Of a stretch of DNA of 64,000 nt, positions 1 through 9,500 are shown in pieces. Position 1 is the first letter of the stretch; each line of letters starts with the position of its first letter. Made by a program: the position numbers and the translations under genes. Source of the stretch: Giardia intestinalis (Eukaryota); assembly GCA_000002435.2 (NCBI GenBank), contig CM018791.1; one strand, 5' to 3'. The notes under the pieces were generated by a model. It was not told the DNA's origin. It did not search any database and worked only from the letters and a program-made list of their open reading frames with translations.

Positions 1-2153
1 ATTGGCTTGTTGTGAGTTCTTGCATATTTAATCGATAACATAAGGCCGTTAACACCAATGTCTCCAAACCCACCAGGAAGAACAAACCCGTGGGCCTCTT
101 GTAGAATGTCATCACAGTTCTTTTCATCAAGAGCTGTGGGATCTACCCACAGGAATGCGAATGGCTTATCATGGTAGTATTTGTGCATAGTAGCCCGCAG
201 TGCTTCCAGGATAGAGAGGTAGGAGTCCTCTCTTGCAACAAACTTCCCGACAATTGCTATAATGCAGGGAAGATCCAAATGCTTAAGGGTCATTTCATGG
301 CGAAGAGTTTTTGCTTGGGCTGCACTTGCAAGCATCTGCTGCAAACTCGTCTCGACTTCCTTTTTCTTCAGATTTTCAATGCGCAACTTTAAGTGTCCAT
401 CAGCGTTCGAGGGGTGATGATGCTTTTTGAGCTTCAGTGTTACGTGGGTACTTCTATTACGTACAGATGCGGAGGACCCAGAATTATGAGCCAAGACGAT
501 TTCTCCAGGAACTTCACTGGTAGACTCACTTGGGCCTTGCAATTCTGAGTGAGCTGTCGGTGTGTGCGCGCAGGAATCTGTGCAGTAACTATGGCCACTC
601 TGGTAGCTCTGGTAGCTTTGATGGCTTGGTAGGTCTTTTGCCGTAGCTGTAATCAAGGACCCAAGGGGCATATTGGTGTCTTTCTCTGCAAGAAAGGCAT
701 CTCCATAGTTCTTGACCATCTTTGCCACGCTTTTGGACCCAAAGTATTTCTTCTGTGAACTTAAGTGTGACTTATCAGCAATAGTACTAGTGTCAGACTC
801 GGAATCATACAGTGCCATGTCCGAGATGACCTCTTCGGAGTGGTCCTCGTCATATATGTTGGACGCCAGGCGCATGTGCGTTAACTTCTGGCTTATAGAC
901 TTGCAGCAGAGATCAGTTGGGGATGCCAAATATGTAAAAGTTGCCTCTGTGATGGCCTCATTGACATCCAGCAAGTGTGAATTAAGGGTACAAATGGGGC
1001 ACACTTCTGTATTCTTTGCGGTCCCACATATCATGCAGATGGCACCAAAAATGCCTTCAGCTGCGTGATCCTGCTCTTCAGTAATGTTCGCCAGAGCGTT
1101 ATCGAATCCTCTGAGCACCTCGTCCCCCAATTCCACCACCTCTTCGCGGTCCACCCTCATCTCCACGAGGACATTCCCAAGCGCCTCCATCTGACCCGTG
1201 CATTTGGCCATCTCAATAGCTTTCTTCATATCTGTTTCAGCTGTTAACGCGCTCTCATCAGTGAATGAAGGAAGAACCGCCATCGAGCTGACCAGCTCTG
1301 TTGCAGACTTGGCAGCAAAGGCCTTGAACGCCCAAGCTTTGTTCCATTTGGCAATGAGCTCTTTCAGCATTATTTTCTCGTCAGACATTCCTTTAGCGTC
1401 TACTCGCGTTGCATTGATGGTGTATTCATCGTCCAAAATGTCTGTGCTATTTAGGTTCTGAAGTTGTATGAGGTAGTCCGGGGCGTACCCGCAGAAAAGC
1501 TGCATTATCTCTGGCTTGATTGCATCAGGATTTGCTGTGGCCATCAAAATAATGATGCTGCCTCGCTGCGGAGCAGATGGAGGTGGATCTTCACTGCAAC
1601 TCAGAGACAGCAGCCTCTCGATGGTTCTAGTAAAAATTTGGGTTGAGGGTTGGCGCACACCGCCCCCAATCTCAACGATACGAATGGGGATTTCATAGGA
1701 ATTCATACCTGAAGAAGGTGGATGCTGCAGGGTGGGCTCCATCTGGATGTACGTAACAAGGTAATCCAATAGGTCCTCTTCGAAGGTAAGCCGTGTAAAC
1801 CCGGTTTCCTGTTGCTTCGCCTGTTGAATGTACAGCTGCTGAATGGCCTGTCCAAGGGTTAAACATGACGTTCGCGGCAGCTCTCCCGTTATACTTCTCT
1901 CAATGATCCCCACGTCATAATCCACCTCGCCACCGTCCCATGTGATGAAGGCCTCACCCTCCTTCTCTGGAGAAAGATTTCCAAAAGTTAAAGATAGGGT
2001 TGTGGAGAGCTTTAGGTACGAGAAAGGGATTCTTTTCTGGTCTAGATAAGAGGCCAGATAGGCCGACAGAGCTGTTGTCTTCGCATTGTAGTCATCTGTG
2101 AGAATGAAAATAAAGCGCTGGACGCCCTTCGTTACATCTGCAGAAAGAGGCAT
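1..2153 (-). CDS. CTP synthase, 3'-truncated by the window edge, with a long low-complexity insertion
   Basis: Reverse-strand translation from the ATG at 2153-2151 reads MPLSADVTKGVQRFIFILTDDYNAKTTALSAYL..., with an in-frame stop just upstream. ...FITWDGGEVDYDVGIIERS... and ...IVEIGGGV... match the CTP synthase synthetase domain. The end of the window, ...SYLSILEALRATMHKYYHDKPFAFLWVDP...AHGFVLPGGFGDIGVNGLMLSIKYARTHNKP, matches the glutamine amidotransferase domain (human [31 protein letters not shown]). There is no stop before position 1. About 200 aa of Ser/Gln/His-rich insertion precedes the amidotransferase domain. Confidence 0.6.
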   Translation of the reverse strand, partial: MPLSADVTKGVQRFIFILTDDYNAKTTALSAYLASYLDQKRIPFSYLKLSTTLSLTFGNLSPEKEGEAFITWDGGEVDYDVGIIERSITGELPRTSCLTLGQAIQQLYIQQAKQQETGFTRLTFEEDLLDYLVTYIQMEPTLQHPPSSGMNSYEIPIRIVEIGGGVRQPSTQIFTRTIERLLSLSCSEDPPPSAPQRGSIIILMATANPDAIKPEIMQLFCGYAPDYLIQLQNLNSTDILDDEYTINATRVDAKGMSDEKIMLKELIAKWNKAWAFKAFAAKSATELVSSMAVLPSFTDESALTAETDMKKAIEMAKCTGQMEALGNVLVEMRVDREEVVELGDEVLRGFDNALANITEEQDHAAEGIFGAICMICGTAKNTEVCPICTLNSHLLDVNEAITEATFTYLASPTDLCCKSISQKLTHMRLASNIYDEDHSEEVISDMALYDSESDTSTIADKSHLSSQKKYFGSKSVAKMVKNYGDAFLAEKDTNMPLGSLITATAKDLPSHQSYQSYQSGHSYCTDSCAHTPTAHSELQGPSESTSEVPGEIVLAHNSGSSASVRNRSTHVTLKLKKHHHPSNADGHLKLRIENLKKKEVETSLQQMLASAAQAKTLRHEMTLKHLDLPCIIAIVGKFVAREDSYLSILEALRATMHKYYHDKPFAFLWVDPTALDEKNCDDILQEAHGFVLPGGFGDIGVNGLMLSIKYARTHNKP

Positions 2154-2582
2154 GGGAAGCTAAGTTTTAGGAGCTAAGTTTTAAGATGTAAATTTTCTAC
2201 AAAATTGAGACGGGCTTATAGACTAAGGCTAAGTCTTTCTATGACAAAGCGGGTCCACACTCTTTAGAACCTGAGCTATGGCAAAGTAGCACAACGCTGG
2301 CCATAAAATATCACTTGAGAAATTGAACGTTAGTTGTGTGGAAGGTTAGTATGTGAAAGCAGAGTGTATATTTTTTGAGGAACACACTACAGATTAGGTT
2401 TCGCCCAACTGTCCTCGTTCCTAGCACGAAGCCCACACCATAATTGCTAAAACGGAAACGACAATTCAATATTTCAACTCAATTTTTCGTTAATCAATAA
2501 TTTAGCATAATGAATTAAAATATGAAAAAGGTCAGCGGCGATAATCTAGAGTTAATCTAGGGTAATACAGGGAACTGCAAAC

Positions 2583-3167
2583 ATGTTCCTTTTATCCATT
2601 CTCTGGCTTCCTGCAGTGGTCTATTCCGTTGAAACGACGATAACTCAGGGAGAGAGGCTCTGCTTTGTAGAGGAGCTCCCGACTGGTGTGAAGCTTCAGG
2701 GCTCGTATGGAGCGAAGAGCCCAGTGGAGTTTCCTGTTTCAGTGACTATCTTGTCGCCAAACGGAACACTGTATCGATCCGACGATATCCCAGAAGAAGC
2801 CCGCTTCTCTTTTTCTGTGACAACGAGTGGCACATATCAACTCTGCTTTATAGGCCAAGTCCGGCGCGAAGGACAGAGGTCTCGGTATATATCGATTAAC
2901 CTTGACGTAGGGTCTGTCTTTGGATCATCTTCGACATCTGATGTTGATGCAAACAAGCTCCCCCTCATAGAGTCTATCGTTTCAGATATGAAGGAGGTCA
3001 AAGAGGACTTTTCTTACATGAAGCACCGAGAGTTGTTTCTCCGTGCTCGGATCAAGAGACTTGCCACATCCGTCATGATGGTGTCTACCCTTTGCGTTCT
3101 AGTTAGCTGGGCTGGTATGATTTTGATAGGTCAATGGACGCGTATAAGTGTCAGGAAGCACATGTGA
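2583..3167 (+). CDS. p24/emp24 (GOLD-domain) cargo receptor family protein
   Basis: The 194-aa protein has an N-terminal signal peptide (MFLLSILWLPAVVYS), a GOLD-like beta region, a short coiled coil and a C-terminal transmembrane helix with a short tail (…VMMVSTLCVLVSWAGMILIGQWT…). This is the typical p24 architecture. Confidence 0.6.
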   Translation: MFLLSILWLPAVVYSVETTITQGERLCFVEELPTGVKLQGSYGAKSPVEFPVSVTILSPNGTLYRSDDIPEEARFSFSVTTSGTYQLCFIGQVRREGQRSRYISINLDVGSVFGSSSTSDVDANKLPLIESIVSDMKEVKEDFSYMKHRELFLRARIKRLATSVMMVSTLCVLVSWAGMILIGQWTRISVRKHM

Positions 3168-3301
3168 GCGCATCAAGCTCTCCTCTCCCTGTTGAAGTGC
3201 TGTGAGATGGACATGTATGGTGGGGTAGTGTACGGTAGAGTAAATCCAAAATTCAAGATTTAAGAACAAGGAGGCCAAATTTTTAGATATTGCTGTTCCT
3301 A

Positions 3302-4621
3302 ATGGAGCCTGCTGTGGATTCTGTTGACCGCGATAAACGGGGTGAGTGGGGTGATCCCACGCAGGACGTTAGCCGTGTTGGCCATGTTGGCCTCTTAAAT
3401 CTAGGTAATACCTGTTTCATGAACAGTGGACTCCAGGTTCTTTTGTCAAGCAAACACCTTATAGGGGCGATTATGAAACTGAGAGAACGAGAACAGAGCG
3501 ATTTCAATGGGACCCGTGTCAACGGCAGGGAAATGCAAGATGCCTTTCAGAACCTTATTGATGCATCAAGAGGCAACATGACAGACATTTACAGGCCTGA
3601 TAAGATAAAAGACGCTGCATCAAGACTGAATAAATCCTTCAGGGGGTATGGACAGCAAGATTCATTTGAACTTATTCAAACAGTCCTGGATGGATTGGAG
3701 AAGGAGACAAATAAAGCAAAGGAGGTACCATACAAATTGCTAGACACAGATGGAATGGGGTACAGCAAGGCACAAGAGCTGTTTCGAGAGCACCACCACA
3801 TGAAGTACGACTCGCCAATCACGAAGGTCACATGCACGGAGCTTGCCAAGTGCGTCATGTGCACGAAGTGCCGCGCCAAATCATACTCCTTTTCCTACTG
3901 TCAAGCACTTCTCTTGGACCTGCCCATCAAGGAAAGTAGAACTGAAGTGAAGAAAACGAAAAAGGACGAAAAACAGGATCGGGGTAGTGGTAATAGATTG
4001 AGTCTCAGTGCACTCATCAATAACTCAGAAAAAGTATACACTGTGGACAACTACTACTGTGCAAAGTGCAAGACTCACCAGCGCGTACATGTACGGGAAT
4101 GGATATCCGAGCCAGCCAAGTGTCTTATCATTCAGCTCAAACGCTTCAGAAACGAGGGACACAGTGTGCTTCCTCGGTTTCTCTGGAGATACAGTAAGAA
4201 CGACTCGTCCGTCGAGTACGAGGACACGCTGGAGATACAATCCCTCGAGTTTGAGCAAGATGGTGTCGAAAAAGATGACATGCAGCCTGACAGGGCATAT
4301 TCAGGATCTGAGGTGGACTCCAGTGCAGATCCGACTGTCTGGGAGACCCCGTTGCATGACGATAGTAGTAGTGAGCACGTAGTGCAAGGAATGATAGCCA
4401 CGGCACTAGACGCTAAGGCACCGCATGTCAGAAGCTACAAATACCGGTACCGAGGGGCATCTTTGCACTCTGGAGGTCTGGGCGGCGGACACTACACAGC
4501 ACTCTGCTACGGCTGCAACGACAAGTACTACTACTGCAACGACTCGAGCGTCACAGTAGTGGACAGAGGAAAGTTGGACACCCGTGCATATGTGCTTCTG
4601 TTTGACAGGGTGGATTGCTAG
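3302..4621 (+). CDS. ubiquitin carboxyl-terminal hydrolase (USP/UBP, peptidase C19)
   Basis: The Cys box GLLNLGNTCFMNSGLQVL and His box GGLGGGHYTALCYGCNDKYYYCNDSSV are both present. The track ORF begins at a TTG at 3290, and the first ATG is at 3302. Confidence 0.7.
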   Translation: MEPAVDSVDRDKRGEWGDPTQDVSRVGHVGLLNLGNTCFMNSGLQVLLSSKHLIGAIMKLREREQSDFNGTRVNGREMQDAFQNLIDASRGNMTDIYRPDKIKDAASRLNKSFRGYGQQDSFELIQTVLDGLEKETNKAKEVPYKLLDTDGMGYSKAQELFREHHHMKYDSPITKVTCTELAKCVMCTKCRAKSYSFSYCQALLLDLPIKESRTEVKKTKKDEKQDRGSGNRLSLSALINNSEKVYTVDNYYCAKCKTHQRVHVREWISEPAKCLIIQLKRFRNEGHSVLPRFLWRYSKNDSSVEYEDTLEIQSLEFEQDGVEKDDMQPDRAYSGSEVDSSADPTVWETPLHDDSSSEHVVQGMIATALDAKAPHVRSYKYRYRGASLHSGGLGGGHYTALCYGCNDKYYYCNDSSVTVVDRGKLDTRAYVLLFDRVDC

Positions 4622-4631
4622 AAAATCGAGG

Positions 4632-5876
4632 CTAGACCTCGCCGATGTATGGGATATTGTCATACTCTCGTGGAATCGGTAGATTGTAACGCATCAACAA
4701 TGCTTCCTCCAGTTTTCTGATGCTTATTCCGTCTATTAGCTGCGGGCGAACGTGCATTGGAAAGTTCTGCGGGGTGTATTCTTGCTCCTGTTGTGGCCTA
4801 TCTTTATTGCAGATTTCAAAGTCTGTGACGTGAAAGAAGAATGACATTCTGATCCAGTAATCTACCAAGAAATATATGCTGTATTCTATGCTGTCCGTTG
4901 GGATGATGCATTCGAGCTCTCCTATGCGCGACTCTGTGCTAGAATCTGCGTTATAGAAATCTAATACACCTCTTGGGTTGCTGCCTTGAGATGTGGACGC
5001 GGTATCTTGTAGCTTGATCCACCCCTCTGTGACGAGCCTCATAAGGTATCCGTTTCTAATGTGTGTCATCACCTCATATTTATATGGCAGATTGTAAACC
5101 AAAATCTGCACCCAGTTTATGCAAGGAATGATGGAGAGCTGGTGGACATCCAGCTGCTCTGTTGTGAGGCGCGGAGGCATCTGGGATAGCGCATATACTC
5201 GCGGCAGACGTAGAACATCTGCAAATCTGACATGTAAGCGCAGACCTTCGCGGATGTGAACCGTTGTAAGGCTCTTGGCATATCGTGAAAGGACAAGGGA
5301 CCGGCAACCACTCCCCAGCTCAGACTTGGAGACATAGTGGAGAAGAAGCTTAGACTTGAACTTTTCTACTTCATTGCTTTCGTCGTAGCTCCTAGAAACC
5401 CGCTCCCCGCCTCTCTCTTCCTTCATGGCAGAGGCCTTCAATGAGTAGAGAAGATTCTTCATAAGGGGGTAGTCGCGGGCAATGGTGGACTTGTTCAGGT
5501 ACGGATCCATTTCGAAGACCTCATCTGCTCCAATGCAAATGTCGCGGTTTATGGAGCGGAGAGTGCTAGAAGAATCATAGACAAAGATACTATTCAGAAT
5601 AATCCGTGCCAGGATCAGGTTCAGGCCTCGAGAGAAGAGAACCATGGCCGCTGGATGAATAACACACCTGTTGGCATACTTGCCGCCTGAGGAAATTCTC
5701 CGGAGCCTATCCATTGATACAATAGGAAGCGCCTGAACCAAGAAGCTGAAATACTTGGCTTCTGGGACTAGTTGATGGAACTTTGCAGGATATAATTTGA
5801 CCCCCTGGGTGCCCTGTTTTTCTTGTTGTGCTTCGCTAGAAGCCTTGGATTGCTCCATTGGTTGTGTTTCAGCCAT
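4632..5876 (-). CDS. hypothetical protein
   Basis: A long minus-strand ORF that ends 10 bp from the convergent USP gene. The track start at 5879 is a GTG, and the first ATG is at 5876. I recognise no domain with confidence. Confidence 0.4.
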   Translation of the reverse strand: MAETQPMEQSKASSEAQQEKQGTQGVKLYPAKFHQLVPEAKYFSFLVQALPIVSMDRLRRISSGGKYANRCVIHPAAMVLFSRGLNLILARIILNSIFVYDSSSTLRSINRDICIGADEVFEMDPYLNKSTIARDYPLMKNLLYSLKASAMKEERGGERVSRSYDESNEVEKFKSKLLLHYVSKSELGSGCRSLVLSRYAKSLTTVHIREGLRLHVRFADVLRLPRVYALSQMPPRLTTEQLDVHQLSIIPCINWVQILVYNLPYKYEVMTHIRNGYLMRLVTEGWIKLQDTASTSQGSNPRGVLDFYNADSSTESRIGELECIIPTDSIEYSIYFLVDYWIRMSFFFHVTDFEICNKDRPQQEQEYTPQNFPMHVRPQLIDGISIRKLEEALLMRYNLPIPREYDNIPYIGEV

Positions 5877-6515
5877 CACTGATCAAAGGCACTCAAATCC
5901 GGAGACAGGATCCTTTCAATAAAGTAAAGGGATACTTTCTGAAAATGAAAACTCTGCAATTTATTAATAAAATGAGACTTTTAAGTTTAAAATAAATTCT
6001 ATTAGATTGAAAGGCAACGAAAAGTTAATCTAAAACAAAGTTTGTCTTTTAAGTTTATCTTTTGCGATCTTGTATTACTGTACATGAAAGATCGGCAAGA
6101 AATAAAGAGGGAAGAGCTACTGGTTCAAGACTGTTAAAAAAGCATGGTGAAGTTGGGAAACATTCAGGTCACACACCACCAAAGGAAATCATGGTCTTGG
6201 TGTTCTTTAGTAAAGAGTGCTATTACGCATGCAGCCTGTAACACTTCATAGTGCAAGTTGGAGGTGACTATGTCCACATCTGCAAATAGAGCTGGTAGAA
6301 GTCGAGCAAAACAGCATATTCTACATTATATCACAGTCTATTAGCTCAATCAAAGAAGATACCGTGCAGAATCTTTGTTTCCAGTGCTTAGAAGATAAAG
6401 ACAAGGCTCTTCTTAAACGCCTGACAATGGCAGACTTAGACCGCTTCACTAGGGTGTCACAGATTGCAACCTTATTGCAAATATATGGAACGAATCAACA
6501 AAAGCTGTCGAGTGT

Positions 6516-9500
6516 TCAGTACTTTGCACGCAATAGTCTCTGCTCGTTTCCCTCGACTTCTTTTGTCAATGCCTGGAGGTAATTCATTGTCCCTTGCGCT
6601 GCCGCAGTTAGCTGATCAATCTCCTCGATGTTCCTTGAAATGTCCATCCAGCGTATGTTGCTATGGGGCCTGTGCTTCGCTGGTACTTCTGGACGCTTAG
6701 GAGCTGCTGCATGGAGGTACTGTGCCATGTTTCTATAGTCTTGAGTCCCCAGATCTATCCCGGAAGTAGAGATACCTGAGCTAAAGATGGGCGGCGTGTT
6801 GTCTTCTAGCCCTATATTTGAACACATTTGGTGGTTAACAGGTTGCCGAGGAGGATACGGGTCATTTATGCTTAACGTGGAGCCATTCGCCATGGACGAG
6901 ATCTCGATGCTCTGTACCTGAGGCTGCATTCTCGTTTGCTTTTGAGGTGCTGGTTTAGAACTTGATGCTTGTGACGATGGCTGTTCTAGTTTTTCCATGT
7001 CCTGAGGCTTGGCCTGTGCATAGGGTTGTTGTTGAAAAGCTGGTGGTACCTGGGGAGTCGATATGACTTGAATGGCAGGGTAGTTTGGAAGATTAAGGTT
7101 TCCTCCATACGGTTGAAGCTGCGAAACAACATGCTGAGGTTCTAGAATGCGGGGTTGATGAATAGCTAAAGAACCGGCAGAGTGTCCTGGTACACCTGCG
7201 AAAGGCATATGAACAGGTAGGGTTATGGCATTTGGTCCTGGAGCTGTGGGGAGATATGCAGATTGCGGACGGATTTGAGAGGTAGTTAAAACTGAAAGTG
7301 GGCGCTGCGCCGAGCGACTCGATACTGGACGTGAAAGCTGAGGTCGAAAACTATACACAACAGGCCTGCTAACATTAGAAGTAAGGGAATACCCTGGGTT
7401 TGGAGGCAGATTATTGGCCCTGTTGTAGCCATAATGCATTGGCGGAGGAATCTTTACAGAAGGAGGCTGTGGATAGAATGGAAAAGGTGGTGCTGGTGCT
7501 GGCACCGAGGTAGGAGCTGGCGCTGGAGGTCCTGCAGATCGTGGCGGTGGGGGTAAGGGTGGAGGCTGTGACGGATGCTGGCTCAGAGGAATAGAGGATG
7601 GTGGCAGTGGCGGTGGCGGTGGTAGTGATTTGGCATGTTGCAGGGGATTGATTGAAATAGGGCTGCGCTGGTTCTTAGACGTTGGAGCAGTGATATCTAA
7701 CTCTGATGCTATATGCTTCTCAATAGCTACGTCATCTATCTTCACTGCAGATGTGCTCAAAACCTCACCAATCTCAGGACTTCTATTAATATGAAAATCG
7801 TCCATGTCAAGGACACGTTCTTTGCTTATGAGGGGAATCTTTGCCTCAAATGGAACATCGTGGCTCCTTGTGACGTCTTGCCTTGGTTGTTGATGCTTCG
7901 CCTGGGAAGTAGACCCAGAGGGCTTTGGCTGTAAGACCTCAGATGCCTGGTCAGGCATTATATAGTAGCTTATCTCCTTGATGGAGTCGCGCTGGGGACC
8001 ACACATTCTACTCAAAGCATTTTGATTGGTCTCCAACTCACTACAGAGTCTCTCAAGATTGGACATCTTGCAGACGTAAATATTCATAATTCTGCGCTTT
8101 TCATTCTCGTCCACTGGAGACTGATCTATAAGCGATGCACTCTTCGAGCAAGTGACAGTTTCAAGTGCTTTACTAGATATGGCAGAGAAGGAGGTAAGGA
8201 AACAACGAAGCAAGTGAATAGCCACTGAATAGTATCCCTCTCTGGCTAAGAGGAAAATCCCATCTTCTAGTCTACCTATTGCTAGGAGGAGAAGCGCCAC
8301 ACAAAGTGGTGTAAACAATGGCTGGATAGTAGGGGGCAGATTGTCAACATAAGTCGTATCAGGAAATGTAAATGAATAGCGTACTCGGCCTGCAATGCCG
8401 AACGAACTCAGAGGTGCAGCAGGCGGTGGTCCACAGTGGCATCGAGGCTCTGTATAAACATGTCTTTGAAACGTTAGGAGATAATTGAAATCAGGTAGTA
8501 CATTGTATGCTGTCACATAGAGCAAGAAGAAAATGAGTGAATCTAGGAGGGTGGTATCTGCCCTTGCACGCAGAGTTAAAAGAAAGTCAACGTCGGCATG
8601 CGCCAGTGGCGATCTGTCCTTCGCTATATCGCAAATAGCCAGCACCTTGGCGAGCACGCTGCACTGTACCTCTGTGAGGTGCGCCGTAGATGAGGCTGTC
8701 TGTATAGCGGTATCGGAAAAGCTTGGGCTCGGTCCGCAGTAATCAGAGTCTCCAGAAAGCCTCAGGAGATATGCAACAACTGCAAGAAAGCGGCCCGTTC
8801 TCCCAGCTACGTATGCTGCATACAAGACTTGCGCATGGGTAGGAGTAGAAGACTCCTGTGCAACTGCTAGAGATTTATGAGTTGTCATGCGGCAACCAAT
8901 ATCTTGGGGCCAAAAGGGGTTGTAATCCCTGATTACGTTGAGCACTGATTGAAGGTAGAAACGGTTGCAAGGGCCATTGGGGGCATCAAGTTTGCAGATA
9001 GATGTACCTGTGAACAGGTAGCCATATGAGTAAATAATAGACTCTGGAACAAAGCGCGATTGTCCTCCTTCAGACGCACCCACAAAGCGCTTCTCTAAAG
9101 TTAGGCTGGAACTCTGCAACACAGAAAAGGGTTCCAAGGATGGAAAGTATGCATTGATAATATAGAGTGGTAGAAGCGGAACTGCCACGTTTTTTGGCTT
9201 ATTAAAAGACCCAGAGGAGCTTGTATAATTCTGAGGTACCAGTATGGAGAGCATCTGCACAGCAGCACTGTCAAGAAAGTAGAACTGGAGTTGTTTTGCC
9301 AATGCATGAATACACAATAGAAAGAACGCCGCTTTTTGTACAAGTTCTCTGTGAGCAGGGTCCTTGGCTTCAAAGCAAAGTGCTTGGTATACACAATTAT
9401 CATATGTTAAACAGCAATACCCACAAGCTAGAAACAAGCATGTGGACGCGGGAATTGTATAGCCCACAGATCCAATACTCTTGTATGGAAGTTGGTGGGG

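Noticed and set aside
3290-3301. ORF-track start codons at 3290, 5879, 15804, 30905, 34070 and 34931.
   Set aside because: These are TTG/GTG codons from a prokaryote-style ORF finder and not valid for a eukaryote. The gene models were moved to the first in-frame ATG.
4008-5335. Numerous 60-150-aa ORFs nested inside or antisense to the large genes (for example 4008-4382, 5080-5335, 13106-13552, 16385-16813, 24931-25305, 26506-26898, 46695-47288, 47105-47614).
   Set aside because: Each is fully contained in a longer gene with clear protein features on the other frame or strand. They are typical shadow ORFs.
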